Positions 29,228 to 39,757 of a stretch of 64,000 nt of DNA are shown one piece after another. The stretch is from positions 3,104,001 to 3,168,000 of the forward strand of contig OZ245777.1 in assembly GCA_965227775.1 (NCBI GenBank). The letters run 5' to 3'. Every line of letters starts with the position of its first letter. Within the stretch, counting starts at the first letter, position 1. The position numbers and the translations under genes are program-made. Source of the stretch: Phycisphaerales bacterium. GTDB lineage: Bacteria; Planctomycetota; Phycisphaerae; Phycisphaerales; UBA1924. The notes under the pieces are model-generated. The model was given only the letters and a program-made list of their open reading frames with translations, did no database searches and had not been told where the DNA came from.

Positions 29228-29418
29228 ATCTTGTTCCCCCTCTTGGGTGTCGTTGCATACATCACGGGGAGCTGAGAACACACCCCACCACTGCAAAGTG
29301 TACACGCCGAGAAGAAAACTTTGAATCTGATTCGCGGGGGAAGCCGGGAAAACCGGTCGCGGGACATCCCAACAAGCGATATCACCACGCCCGATAGGGT
29401 CTCTCTGCGGAGCGCTCC

Positions 29419-30726
29419 ATGCTCAAGACCGTCGCGATCCTGCTCGTAGTTCTGATAACCCTGGGCGTCGGCAGCGCGATCGGCCTGATGCAGATGGGCG
29501 GCCCCAAAGGCCTGCGCGAGCGCTTTACACCTCAGGTCGAGCCGTCTCGCGTCATCGTCGAGCCGGCCCGGCAAAGCGACCTTCGCCGGACGATCAACGC
29601 GCCAGGGGCCATCGAGCCCAAGCACATGGTGCAGATCTCGGCGGAGGTCAGCGCACGCATCGTGGCCCTTCCTTTCGGCGAGGGTGACTCGGTGCGCGTG
29701 GGCGACGTCATCTGCCGGCTCGACGCCATCGACCTGCAAGCCCAGCTCGACGCGGCCGAGTCGCGCGTGCGATCTCAAGAGAGCCAGCTTGAGGGTGCCC
29801 GGGCCGAACTCGAGCTCGCACAGCTCGAACTGGGCAGGCTGCAGGAACTGCTCGACACCAAGGACGTCGCCAAGGCCGAGTACGACGCGGCCAACACCCG
29901 TGCGCTCCAGGCGCGCAGCAGCGTGGCGGTCATCGAAGCCGGCATCGAGGCGGCCCGCGCCGACGTGCGCGCCGCCAAGCGGGACCTCGAAAACGCCGTC
30001 ATCGCCAGCCCGATCGAAGGCCGCATCGTGAATCTGCCGGTCGAGGTCGGCGAGACCGTGCTGGGCACGTTCCAGAACCAGGGCTCGCTGATCATGGAGA
30101 TCGCCGACCTCGGCACGATGCTCATGCAGGCACGCATCGACGAGACGAGCGTCGGGCTTGTGCGAGAGGGCCAATCGGCCGACGTCCGCCTGCTCGCGTA
30201 CGGCGATCGCGTGTTCGAGGGCGTCGTGGAACGGGTTGGCTTGCAGCGTCGCGTGTTCACCGACGGCACGAGTTACGTGCAGGCCGAGGTGCTCGTCGAG
30301 CAGGTCGAGAGTGACCTGCTTCGCACTGGGCTAACCGCCAACGCTGACATCTATGTCGACACGGTGCGCGACGCCATCGTGGTGCCCAGCCAGGCCGTGC
30401 TCGACCGCCGCGTCGAGAACCTACCTGACAGCGTTCGCGGTTCCCCGTTGGTCGACCGACAGCGCACGTTCACCACCGTTGTGTACGTCCTCGAGGACGG
30501 CGTGGCTCGGGCACGCCCGGTCAAGACTGGCGTCAGCGACCTCACCGACACCGTCATCCTCGAAGGCCTCGAGCAGGACGATCCGGTCATCACCGGGCCG
30601 TTCCGCGTGTTGCGAGAGTTGCAAGACGGCGACGCGGTGGTCGAGGACGATGTCGACGAGACAGGCCCGGCCGACGACCAGTCGCCCGACGAAGGAGCCG
30701 GCGATGCTGCGACGACGCCGGGTTGA
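29419..30726 (+). CDS. Efflux periplasmic adaptor (MacA-like membrane fusion protein)
   Basis: N-terminal TM; ISAEVSARIV..EGDSV..G, coiled coil, ASPIEG, IDETSV, GLTAN. Confidence 0.88.
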   Translation: MLKTVAILLVVLITLGVGSAIGLMQMGGPKGLRERFTPQVEPSRVIVEPARQSDLRRTINAPGAIEPKHMVQISAEVSARIVALPFGEGDSVRVGDVICRLDAIDLQAQLDAAESRVRSQESQLEGARAELELAQLELGRLQELLDTKDVAKAEYDAANTRALQARSSVAVIEAGIEAARADVRAAKRDLENAVIASPIEGRIVNLPVEVGETVLGTFQNQGSLIMEIADLGTMLMQARIDETSVGLVREGQSADVRLLAYGDRVFEGVVERVGLQRRVFTDGTSYVQAEVLVEQVESDLLRTGLTANADIYVDTVRDAIVVPSQAVLDRRVENLPDSVRGSPLVDRQRTFTTVVYVLEDGVARARPVKTGVSDLTDTVILEGLEQDDPVITGPFRVLRELQDGDAVVEDDVDETGPADDQSPDEGAGDAATTPG

Positions 30727-31507
30727 GACCGACGCGCCGGCCATCCGCGTCACAGGGCTGGAGAAGGTCTACAAGATGGGCGTGGAGCGCGTGCGGGCGC
30801 TCGACGGCGTCGACCTCACGATCGAGGCCGGAGAGTTCGTGGCCATCATGGGTGCCTCGGGCTCGGGCAAGAGCACGCTTATGAACGTCTTGGGCTGCCT
30901 CGACCGCCCCACTGCCGGCGAGTACGAACTGGCCGGAATCCCAACACGCAAGATGAGCGCGACGCGTCTTGCCAAAGTGCGCAACGAACGCATCGGCTTC
31001 ATCTTCCAGACTTTCGAGTTGCTGCCCCGTGCGTCGGCAATCCAGAACGTCATGCTGCCCATGATCTACAGCAAGAAGCACGTGTTCGGTGCGCGCGGCC
31101 GTGCCAAAGGAGCACTCCGCAGGGTTGGCCTGGGCGAACGCATGCGACACCGGCCAAACCAACTCTCGGGTGGGCAGCGTCAGCGCGTTGCCGTGGCGCG
31201 GGCGCTGGTCAACGATCCCGCCATCCTGCTGGCCGACGAACCCACGGGCAACCTCGATTCGCATACCACGACCGAGATCATCCGGCTCTTCACCGAACTG
31301 CACGACGAGGGCCAGACCATCGTGATCGTGACGCACGAGGAGGAGGTCGCCGGATACGCCGAACGCATCGTGCGATTGCGAGACGGCCAAGTGTTCAGTG
31401 ACATGGCAACCGCCGACGACCCCCTGCACACCGCCTACCTGCAGTCGATCGCCAGCACGGCCGCGAAGCGCGCCCAGACGGTCGCTGCCGAGGGAGCGCC
31501 GGCATGA
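30704..31507 (+). CDS. ABC transporter ATP-binding protein (MacB/LolD-like)
   Basis: GASGSGKST, LSGGQRQR, LLADEPTGNLD, VTH; ATG at 30704 with AAGGAG. Confidence 0.92.
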   Translation: MLRRRRVETDAPAIRVTGLEKVYKMGVERVRALDGVDLTIEAGEFVAIMGASGSGKSTLMNVLGCLDRPTAGEYELAGIPTRKMSATRLAKVRNERIGFIFQTFELLPRASAIQNVMLPMIYSKKHVFGARGRAKGALRRVGLGERMRHRPNQLSGGQRQRVAVARALVNDPAILLADEPTGNLDSHTTTEIIRLFTELHDEGQTIVIVTHEEEVAGYAERIVRLRDGQVFSDMATADDPLHTAYLQSIASTAAKRAQTVAAEGAPA

Positions 31508-32745
31508 TCATCATCCGCTTGCTCATGCAGACCGTGGTGCTGGCGCTAGGTCAGATCTGGGCCAACAAGGTCCGATCGCTGCTTACCACGCTGGGCATTG
31601 TCATCGGCGTGGCGGCGGTCGTCGCGACGGTCGCGGCCATCGAGGGGCTGCGTGGCTTTGTACTCACCGAATTCGAGACCTTTGGCACCAACAAAGTGTT
31701 CATCGACGGGAGCCTGCCCCAGAGCTGGCGTGGCCGGATCTCGTGGCGAGACGCCCAGCTCAGCATCGAGGAGGTCGAAGGCATCGTCGAGCACGCGCCT
31801 TCGGTCACGAATATCAGCCCGCAATGGCGTGCTTCCGCTCGAGTGGACTACGAGAACATCGTGCTCGAGTCGGCGTCCATCGTCGGTATCCGTCCCCAGT
31901 GGCATGATGTCGAGAACCGCCAGGTCACCGTCGGCCGGCCGTTCAATCAGGTCGACGAAGAGCAACGCCGCTACGTCGTGCTCATCAATGAGCAAGCGAT
32001 CGAAGAGTTGAATCTGCCGACGAACCCCGTTGGGTGGTTCCTCTTACTCGGCGGCCGACGATTCCAGATTGTGGGCGTCGTGGAGACTCTCGACCTCTCG
32101 GGCATGTTCGGCGGGGGCGACAGCCGGGCCGAGTTCTTCGTGCCGTTTTCGACGGCCGTCATCCTGAACCCAAACGGCTGGATTAACTACGCCACGGCAA
32201 CCATGCAGAGTCCGGAGCTCGCTGAAGAGACGCGAGCCGAGATCGACTTCGTCTTGCGCACGATGCGCGAGCTCGAACCCGACGATGAGGCGACCTTCGA
32301 CATCGAAATCGCCCAGGAGTACGTTGAGCAGTTCAAGTCGCTCTCGGCGGGCCTAGTCGCCGGTGCCACCGGCATCGTGGGCATCAGCCTGCTTGTCGGC
32401 GGCATTGGCATCATGAATATCATGCTCGTATCGGTCTCGGAGCGCACGCGCGAGATCGGCCTACGCAAGGCCGTCGGCGCCCGACCGCTCGTCGTCCTCA
32501 TCCAATTCTTGACCGAAGCCGTCGTGTTGTGCCTCATGGGTGGAGCGGTTGGCATCCTGATCGGCCAGGCCATCATCCTGCTCTTGAAACAGATTCCCGA
32601 CGCGCCGCTCGAGCAAGCCAACATGCCGATGTGGGCGATTGCTCTCGCCGTGGGCTTCTGCGCTTTCACCGGCGTGGTGTTCGGCGTGTTTCCAGCCATT
32701 AAGGCGGCCCGGCTCGACCCGATCGTCGCGCTGCGTCACGACTGA
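31504..32745 (+). CDS. ABC transporter permease (MacB/FtsX-type)
   Basis: RSLLTTLGIVIG, VGGIGIMNIMLVSVSERTREIGLRKAVGA, PAIKAARLDP. Confidence 0.92.
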   Translation: MIIIRLLMQTVVLALGQIWANKVRSLLTTLGIVIGVAAVVATVAAIEGLRGFVLTEFETFGTNKVFIDGSLPQSWRGRISWRDAQLSIEEVEGIVEHAPSVTNISPQWRASARVDYENIVLESASIVGIRPQWHDVENRQVTVGRPFNQVDEEQRRYVVLINEQAIEELNLPTNPVGWFLLLGGRRFQIVGVVETLDLSGMFGGGDSRAEFFVPFSTAVILNPNGWINYATATMQSPELAEETRAEIDFVLRTMRELEPDDEATFDIEIAQEYVEQFKSLSAGLVAGATGIVGISLLVGGIGIMNIMLVSVSERTREIGLRKAVGARPLVVLIQFLTEAVVLCLMGGAVGILIGQAIILLLKQIPDAPLEQANMPMWAIALAVGFCAFTGVVFGVFPAIKAARLDPIVALRHD

Positions 32746-32769
32746 TTCGCTTTCCTCGTGGAGCCCAGC

Positions 32770-34497
32770 ATGCCCCAGCTTTGTCGCGCCGCGTCTGCCT
32801 CGGCCATCGGCTCGCCCCAACTGGCTTCGTCCATCGTGATCTCATCGCTCTTGCTCATCGCCGGGTGCGTGACACCATGGGATCGCGCCCCGCAAGACGA
32901 CGCCCTGCTCGGGCCAGATGGCCGCCTGAAGCACATCAAGCCGCTCGACCTGAGCATCGTTGCCGTGCCGAGCGCGATGGAAGCCGATCGCGAACCCGCG
33001 CCCGAGCTTCCTCGGGCGGTTGTGGTCGACACAGGCGCTGGCGTCGTTCCGCTGACGATCGAGGCAGCTCGTGCCGCGGCAATCGAGAACAACCTCGACG
33101 TGCGCGTATCACTCATCTCTCCCGCGATCGCCGCCGAGCGCGTGTCGGAAGAGGAAGCAGCCTTCGAGGCCACCTTCCGCGTTACCGGCGTGGCTCAGCA
33201 GACCGACACACCCACCTTTAGCTCGCTTCAGGACGCCCAGCAGGAGTTCCAGTCGCTCAATCCGTCGCTCAGTATCCCGACGCGTCTGGGCGGTGACTTC
33301 ACGATCTCCGCGCCGTTCTCGCGCAACCAGACGAACAACCCCTTCGCCACCGTTGACCCCGCATTCACGCAAGACCTCGAATTCAGCATCAGCCAGCCGC
33401 TGCTCCGCGGCGCCGGGCGACGCGCGACGACGGCTGCGCTGCGCATCGCCGCGATCGATCGCGATCTCGCCGCAGCGCGCACGAAGTTGGAGGTCATCGC
33501 GCAGCTCGCCGCTGTCGATCGGGCCTACTGGCTGCTGTACTCAGCCCGGCAGGAGATCGAGGTCCGCGTCCAGCAGCGCGACCTTGCGATCGCCCAGCTC
33601 GAACGCGCCCAGCGGCAGCTCGAGGCCCAGCGCATCGCCGAGATCGAGGTGCTGCGAGCCCAGAGCGGCGTCGCCGACCGGGCCGAAGCGATCATCGTGG
33701 CCGAGAACCAGGCCGCCGCGCGGCAGCGCGAACTCAAGCGGCTGCTCAATCTGCCCGAGCTTCCCGTACAGAGCGAGACGGCCATCGACCTGGCCAGCGT
33801 GCCCGATCCTGCACTTTACGAAGCGAACACCTCAACGCTCATCGATAGCGCGCTGGCCTCGCGCATGGAGCTGCTCGAGGTGGAGCTCCAGCTCGCGCAG
33901 GACCTCGTGCGCATCGAGCTCGGCGAGAACCAGGCCCTGCCGCAGCTCGACCTGAACGCGCTGTACCGGATCAACGGCCTGGGCGGCAACCACGGCGGAG
34001 CCACCGAATTGCTCGTCGAGAACGAGTTCGAAGATTGGCGCATCGCGCTCACTGCCGCAATTCCCATCGGCAACGAGGCCGCACTCTCACGCCTGCGTGG
34101 TCTGGTGCTCAGCCGGCTGCAGCGGATCTCCACCCGTCAGTCGCGTGAGCAGACGATCCGCCAGGAAGTGCTCGACGCGCTCGATGACATGGCCACCAGC
34201 TGGCAGCGCGTCATCGCCGCCCGAGAGCGCGTGCGTCTCTCAACACGCACGCTCAGAGCAGAAGAACGGCAGTTCAATGTGGGGCGTTCCACCAGCACCG
34301 ACGTGCTCGATGCGAGCACGAACCTCGCTGACGCCCAGCTGAGCGAGCTGTCCGCAATCGTCGATTACCAGATCTCGCAGGTAAACCTCGCCGTCGCAAC
34401 GGGCACCCTGCTCGGGCAGGCGCGCGTCGACCTCGAATTCGCACCGCGGCCTGAGCTCGACGGCTTCCGATACGCTCCCCGGGCCGACCAGAACTAG
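32770..34497 (+). CDS. TolC-family outer membrane efflux lipoprotein
   Basis: Lipobox LIAGC; AIENNLDV, QPLLRG, AYWLL, LPQLDL, two-repeat OEP helices. Confidence 0.85.
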   Translation: MPQLCRAASASAIGSPQLASSIVISSLLLIAGCVTPWDRAPQDDALLGPDGRLKHIKPLDLSIVAVPSAMEADREPAPELPRAVVVDTGAGVVPLTIEAARAAAIENNLDVRVSLISPAIAAERVSEEEAAFEATFRVTGVAQQTDTPTFSSLQDAQQEFQSLNPSLSIPTRLGGDFTISAPFSRNQTNNPFATVDPAFTQDLEFSISQPLLRGAGRRATTAALRIAAIDRDLAAARTKLEVIAQLAAVDRAYWLLYSARQEIEVRVQQRDLAIAQLERAQRQLEAQRIAEIEVLRAQSGVADRAEAIIVAENQAAARQRELKRLLNLPELPVQSETAIDLASVPDPALYEANTSTLIDSALASRMELLEVELQLAQDLVRIELGENQALPQLDLNALYRINGLGGNHGGATELLVENEFEDWRIALTAAIPIGNEAALSRLRGLVLSRLQRISTRQSREQTIRQEVLDALDDMATSWQRVIAARERVRLSTRTLRAEERQFNVGRSTSTDVLDASTNLADAQLSELSAIVDYQISQVNLAVATGTLLGQARVDLEFAPRPELDGFRYAPRADQN

Positions 34498-34796
34498 CCC
34501 GAGAAGGCCCACCACCCCACGCCGCACGCGACGGCGCCGTGCAACGCCGCGATCAGCAGCGTGAGCGCCCGGAAGCCCGGCTTGCTGGTCTTGTGTCGCA
34601 ACAAGCGCTGCGCAATCGCCGCCCCGAACGCACCACCGATCAACTCGATCAGTCGCAGCTTGGCTTCCGGGAAACGCCGATGGCCGCGCTTGGCCGCACG
34701 CTTGTCAAGGGTGTACACGGCCATGGCGAACACACCAAGCACGACGTACCAGGCAAGCACCGCGGCGAGCACGATGAGCTTTGGGCCTTGCGGCAC
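34494..34796 (-). CDS. DUF1294 domain-containing membrane protein
   Basis: DKRAA..RRFPEAKL..GGAFGA..RHKTSKPGF. Confidence 0.88.
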   Translation of the reverse strand: MPQGPKLIVLAAVLAWYVVLGVFAMAVYTLDKRAAKRGHRRFPEAKLRLIELIGGAFGAAIAQRLLRHKTSKPGFRALTLLIAALHGAVACGVGWWAFSG

Positions 34797-36353
34797 TCAG
34801 AGCGGCTCGACGATCGTGAGCAACTGGTTCGCGTCTACGTCCTCGAGCACGACCTCGCGGTTGCTCGGGAAGAGCACCCGAACGCGATCGATGGTGGTCG
34901 TCTGGCCCAGCCCGAAGTGGGCCTCCAATGGCGGGGCGCTGTAGAAACTGCCCCCGACGAAGATGTCGCTCCGCCACGTCCGATCGCCGACGGTCACCCA
35001 GATCTTGGTGCCAACGCCGTTGCGGTTGCTGACGGTTCCGCGTGCCTTGACGCGCAGCCACGCGTTGCCATCACGCGGCGTCTCGTTTCGCAGGATGACC
35101 GCCTTGCCGTACACGTCGCTGAGCACGAAATCGACGTCGCCATCGTTCTCGAGGTCAATCGGCGCGAGGCCGCGTGTGTCGCCGCGGTGGTCGAGACCGC
35201 TGCCGAGGCCCGCGTCCTGGAACCGGCCGTCGCCCAAGCCGCGGAAGAAGACCGCCCGCGTGTGCCACTCGGGCTGCACCCACCCGTTGACGGCCATGAG
35301 ATCGAGATTGCCGTCGAGGTCGGCATCCCAGAGCCAGGTGCCCCAGGCGAAGAACGTGTTGTCGACGCCCATCTCGGTGGCAAGTTCTTGGAATCGGCCC
35401 GTTCCATCGTTCATATAGAGCGCGTTCGGGCCCGGCTCGTCGTTGGTGTTGAAGGGGCTGAACGACATGTTGGTCGTGTACATGTCCAGCCCGCCATTTC
35501 CGTCGACGTCGCCGACAGCCACGCCCATGTCGTTGGCGTGGTGGATCAGGTTCCACTCGTGGCTCACATCGGTGAACGTGCCGTCGCCGTTGTTGCGAAG
35601 GGCGTAGTCCTCATCGAAGTCGACGGCCGCGTACAAATCAAGCAACCCATCGTCGTTGAGATCGAGCATCACCGGCTGCCAATGGAACCGATCGTCGGCC
35701 GGGAAGCCGCCAACTGCATCCGTGATGTCGGTGAAGCGGAAACTGCCGTCGTTGCGCAGCAAGTAGGCAGTCTGCTCGAACCAGCCGCCGATGAAGATGT
35801 CTAGATCGCCGTCGTTGTCGATGTCGCCAGCGGTGGCGCCGCCGTGCGTGGCCTCGTAGTGGATCACTCCGCTCACGTCGGTCATGTCGGTGAAGGTGCC
35901 GTCGCCGTCGTTGCGATAGAAGCGGCTGGTCGGGAAGCTGTCATCGAACTCCGACGAATCGTTGAACACGACCAGGTCGTCAAAGCCGTCGTTGTTGAGG
36001 TCGAGCCAGAGCGCCTGCTTGCTGAACCCCGCGACGTGGTCGACGCCCGCGGCCGCTCCAACCTCGGTGAAGGTGCCGCCGCCGTCGTTGCGGTACAAGT
36101 GATTGGCAAAGCCAGCCGAGTTGGGGATGTAAACGTCCAGTAGCCCGTCGTTGTTGAAGTCGCCGATGGCCGCGCCAACGCCGAATCGTTCGTTCTGCCC
36201 GGGGAACAGCGGCGGCACGGGCCACACCGACTGCTGGTGCGTGAAGTCGATGCCGCTCGAGTCGGTCATGTCGGTGTAGTGCACGCCCTGACCGATCGCG
36301 CCGGCAACCGGCCCGAGCACCGCCAACCCCAACAGCATCCGCATCACATCCAT
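34797..36353 (-). CDS. CRTAC1-family protein (FG-GAP repeats plus ASPIC/UnbV domain)
   Basis: GDFNNDGLLD, LYRNDG.GTFT repeats; SNRNGVG, HFGLG; signal peptide. Confidence 0.9.
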   Translation of the reverse strand: MDVMRMLLGLAVLGPVAGAIGQGVHYTDMTDSSGIDFTHQQSVWPVPPLFPGQNERFGVGAAIGDFNNDGLLDVYIPNSAGFANHLYRNDGGGTFTEVGAAAGVDHVAGFSKQALWLDLNNDGFDDLVVFNDSSEFDDSFPTSRFYRNDGDGTFTDMTDVSGVIHYEATHGGATAGDIDNDGDLDIFIGGWFEQTAYLLRNDGSFRFTDITDAVGGFPADDRFHWQPVMLDLNDDGLLDLYAAVDFDEDYALRNNGDGTFTDVSHEWNLIHHANDMGVAVGDVDGNGGLDMYTTNMSFSPFNTNDEPGPNALYMNDGTGRFQELATEMGVDNTFFAWGTWLWDADLDGNLDLMAVNGWVQPEWHTRAVFFRGLGDGRFQDAGLGSGLDHRGDTRGLAPIDLENDGDVDFVLSDVYGKAVILRNETPRDGNAWLRVKARGTVSNRNGVGTKIWVTVGDRTWRSDIFVGGSFYSAPPLEAHFGLGQTTTIDRVRVLFPSNREVVLEDVDANQLLTIVEPL

Positions 36354-36526
36354 TGCCTCGTCCCTCCTGCTGCAGGCTATACGCCGACGGCCCCGCCGGC
36401 GTTTTGGGTTGGCCACGCAGGGGTTATCGGGATGACACGCACACGGCTTGAGGCCCATGCCTCTCCGTCGGCGCGAGTTAGGATGGCCGCGGTCGCATCG
36501 CACCCACTACTCCGAGGAATATCTGC

Positions 36527-37483
36527 ATGGAACATGCGGCGGATCAGGAAGCACGCAAGGGGCCTCCAGGCCGGGTCGTCATCGCCGGCGGCACGGGCTT
36601 CCTTGGGTCTTCGCTCGCAGCATTCCTCGATCGCCAGGGCTACGAGGCCGTCATCCTCGGCAGGCGGCCCGATCGCTACCACGGCGCCGGGCGGGCCATG
36701 GGATGGGACGGGCGATCCCTTGGCGATTGGGCAAGCGAACTGGATGGCGCCGCTGCCGTGGTCAATCTCGCGGGCCGGTCGGTCGACTGCGTGAAGACGC
36801 CCGACCACTGCGACGAGATCCTCCGCTCCCGGGTGGAATCGACGCGCGTGATGGGAAGCGCCTTCGCCACGGCAAGAGTGCCCCCGCCCGTCTGGGTGCA
36901 GATGTCAACGGCGCACATCTATGGCGATCCGCCCGAGGCGATCTGCGACGAGCAATCGGCGTTTGGGTTCGGCCTTGCGCCGATCGTCGGCAAGGCATGG
37001 GAAGCCGCGTTCGACCAGGCATGCCCGAGTGGCGTTCGCCGGGTAGTTCTCAGGACCAGCTTCGTTGTCGGCAAGAACGGCGGCGCCATGGCGAGGCTCG
37101 GAGCACTCGCCCGCTTCGGGCTGGGTGGCCGCGTCGGATCCGGCAAGCAGGGCTTCAGCTGGATCCACGAGCTCGACATGAATCGCATCTTCCAGCGCGC
37201 TATCGAAGATGCCTCGATGTCGGGCGCGTACGTCGCGAGTGCGCCGAATCCTGTCAGCCAAGCCGATTTCATGCGATCGGTTCGCAGGGCCATCGGCATG
37301 CCCATTGGCTTGCCAGCGCCAGCCTTTGGCGTCCGGCTCGCGGCGCCGCTGATCCTTAGAACCGATCCCGAATTGGCGCTCTACGGCCGCTACGTCGTAC
37401 CCAAGCGACTCACCGATGAGGGCTTCAGCTTCGAACTTGAGTCCGTCGATGCGGCGATGCAAGACCTGTACGCTAAGACCTGA
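36527..37483 (+). CDS. TIGR01777/DUF1731 NAD-dependent epimerase-family protein
   Basis: [36 protein letters not shown]. Confidence 0.88.
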   Translation: MEHAADQEARKGPPGRVVIAGGTGFLGSSLAAFLDRQGYEAVILGRRPDRYHGAGRAMGWDGRSLGDWASELDGAAAVVNLAGRSVDCVKTPDHCDEILRSRVESTRVMGSAFATARVPPPVWVQMSTAHIYGDPPEAICDEQSAFGFGLAPIVGKAWEAAFDQACPSGVRRVVLRTSFVVGKNGGAMARLGALARFGLGGRVGSGKQGFSWIHELDMNRIFQRAIEDASMSGAYVASAPNPVSQADFMRSVRRAIGMPIGLPAPAFGVRLAAPLILRTDPELALYGRYVVPKRLTDEGFSFELESVDAAMQDLYAKT

Positions 37484-37489
37484 CCGGGC

Positions 37490-38644
37490 TCAGGAGAGCA
37501 CGTCGAGCATTTCGGCGATGCCCTTGCCGTGGGTGGCAACCGTTTCGAGGATCGGCCGGCGGCCGGCGATGTCGCGCAGGTCGCGCACGAGCTCGTTCTC
37601 GCCCGGGTGGTCGGCCTTGTTGCACACAAACAGATCCGCGATCTCGAGGATGCCGGCCTTGTCCATCTGCACCGCATCACCCATGCCCGGCGTGAGCACG
37701 ACGATGGTTTTGTCCACGTGGTCGCGGATACGCGTCTCGTTCTGGCCCGCGCCCACCGTCTCAATGAACAGCGTGTCGTACGCGTCGGCACCCTCGCAGG
37801 CGCCTCCGATGAGATCGGTCACGTCCTCCAGGGCGTGGTAGTCCTCGCCACGGATCGCCAGCGACCGGTAGTACGCCGCCTCGCCCAGCCGGTTGAAGTC
37901 GACGCGCAGGCGATCGCCTAGCAGTGCGCCACCAGTGATCGGGCTCATTGGGTCGAATGCCACAACGGCGCAGCGGCCGAGGCTCGGATCCTCCTCCGCG
38001 CGCCGCGCATGCTCGGCGACGAGCTGCGCGACCAGCGTGCTCTTGCCCGCGCCGGGCGAACCGGTGATGCCGATCACCCGCTTGGGACGGCGACGCACCG
38101 CGTTCTCGCGCACGGGTTGCTCGAGGTGGGCCAGCGAGATGTCTCGCGCCAGCTGAGCCGTCGCATGGCCGCCGGGCACTTCCTGGGCGTAGGACCCCAC
38201 CGTCGAGGCGGCGGCTTGCACGATGTCCAGCAGCCCAACGCCTGTAGTGAAGCATCGAGCGATGCCGGCTTCCTTGAGTGCTGGCAGGTCTTCCTGGGGC
38301 AAGATGCCGCCCATGTGCACGGGTATGTCGCCGCGGCCGACGCCCTTGAGCGCCTTGAGCAGGTTGGGCCCAAGCGTCAGATGGCTGTTGCTCATCATGC
38401 TGGCGGCGATGACATCCACGTCTTCGTCTCGGGCGCTGATGGCCAGGCTCTTGGGCGTCTGCCAGAGACCGCTATAGATCACGTGCACGCCCGAATCGCG
38501 CATGGCCCGCGCGATGACCTTCACGCCGCGATCGTGGCCGTCGAGCCCCATCTTGCCGAGCAGCACGCGCGGACGGTGGTCGAGCTCGCCGCAGCGGTCG
38601 GCTTTCTCGAATTCGGTGGTGGCAGCGCCAAGGGGCTGGGCCAT
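37490..38644 (-). CDS. Fusion of cobalamin-binding domain (acyl-CoA mutase C-terminal type) and MeaB/ArgK GTPase
   Basis: KMGLDGHDRGVKVI (DxHxxG), MGGI; then GITGSPGAGKST, DPMSP..GGALLGDR.R, ETVGAGQ, KAGILE, NKAD. Confidence 0.88.
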   Translation of the reverse strand: MAQPLGAATTEFEKADRCGELDHRPRVLLGKMGLDGHDRGVKVIARAMRDSGVHVIYSGLWQTPKSLAISARDEDVDVIAASMMSNSHLTLGPNLLKALKGVGRGDIPVHMGGILPQEDLPALKEAGIARCFTTGVGLLDIVQAAASTVGSYAQEVPGGHATAQLARDISLAHLEQPVRENAVRRRPKRVIGITGSPGAGKSTLVAQLVAEHARRAEEDPSLGRCAVVAFDPMSPITGGALLGDRLRVDFNRLGEAAYYRSLAIRGEDYHALEDVTDLIGGACEGADAYDTLFIETVGAGQNETRIRDHVDKTIVVLTPGMGDAVQMDKAGILEIADLFVCNKADHPGENELVRDLRDIAGRRPILETVATHGKGIAEMLDVLS

Positions 38645-38791
38645 GGAAGCTCCTGAAGCAGTCAATCTCGAAGGGGCCCGAGCGGGCAATCCAAACAACA
38701 ACCAATCGAACGCTGGCCGATCCGACCGGTCCAGAGGATATGCGCCCCGTTGCAGCCGTTCGCTCGCGGCGATCGTCGCGGCGAACGCACG

Positions 38792-38814
38792 AAAAACCCC
38801 GCCAGAAGCGGGGT
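38792..38814 (-). terminator. Intrinsic terminator after the PspA-like gene
   Basis: ACCCCGC-TTCTG-GCGGGGT followed by TTTT on the minus strand. Confidence 0.7.
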
Positions 38815-38842
38815 CGGAAGTCAGGCGATTGCCAGGGTCGGC

Positions 38843-39757
38843 CTAGTAGACGCGGCCGGCCTCGCTCTGGATCTCGGGCACCTCGATGATGGTCGGGGCG
38901 ACCTCGATCACGCGATCCTCGCGGCTGACGGCGTCCTGGCCGCCGATGCTCAGCTTGGCGCGGTCCTCGTAGCTCAGCTCCTTCTCGCCGGTCGCCAGGC
39001 TCTCGAGCTTGGCTTCCTGCTCGGCCCGGAGCTGCGCCAGGCGGTCCTTGACCTGATCGATGCTGTGGGCCTTGTACGGGCCGAGCTCGTCCAGGGTCTG
39101 CTGGCGGGCCTCCATCATGTCGATCATCCGCTCGTTGCGGGCGATCGCGTCGATCTGCTGGTTGAGCCTCCACAACTCGCTCTGGAACTGGGCCCGCTCG
39201 CTCTCGAGCTTGCCGAGCAGGTCATTCAGGCGCTCACGCTGCGTGCCGAGCAGATCGATGTCTCGCGAGATCGACTGGGCCTCGAGCTCGTAGGCGTCGC
39301 GGGTCTTGGCGATCTGCGCCGCCTTGGCCTGCGCCTCGCTCAGGTCCATCTTGTTACCGTTGAAGCTGACGCGGACGATGGCGCCGTGACCAGCCTGGGC
39401 CCGGGCGTGCTCGGCCCGATCGAACAGGCCGTGCATTGCTTCGAGATCGGCCTGTGCCAACTCGACGACGCGCTCGGCGACGGCGAGCTCACGCTCGTAC
39501 TCGGCGGTCTGCGTGTCGAGCGTTGCCAGGTCTTGGCGGACACGGGTGATGCGCTCGGGATACTGGCTCTCGAGCTTGCGGAGCTGGGCCCGCATCTTCA
39601 CCGGGTCATCGATGCTGCGATCGATCGTGTCGTTGACGGTGTCACGGGCCTGGGTCAGGGCAGCGCCAACACGCTCGGGGCCGGCAACGGCGATCAGCCC
39701 GCCGCCCACGAGGGTCCCGATGACGCCGACGCGAATGATGGTCTTGACGAGTGGCAT
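38843..39757 (-). CDS. PspA/IM30-like long coiled-coil protein with N-terminal hydrophobic segment
   Basis: IDDPVKM resembles PspA EDP.KM; long heptad helices; AGGAGG RBS. Confidence 0.55.
   Translation of the reverse strand: MPLVKTIIRVGVIGTLVGGGLIAVAGPERVGAALTQARDTVNDTIDRSIDDPVKMRAQLRKLESQYPERITRVRQDLATLDTQTAEYERELAVAERVVELAQADLEAMHGLFDRAEHARAQAGHGAIVRVSFNGNKMDLSEAQAKAAQIAKTRDAYELEAQSISRDIDLLGTQRERLNDLLGKLESERAQFQSELWRLNQQIDAIARNERMIDMMEARQQTLDELGPYKAHSIDQVKDRLAQLRAEQEAKLESLATGEKELSYEDRAKLSIGGQDAVSREDRVIEVAPTIIEVPEIQSEAGRVY

Noticed and set aside
29419..34497. MacAB-TolC-like cluster as a novel secretion system
   Set aside because: Standard four-gene architecture with no cargo or biosynthetic gene next to it
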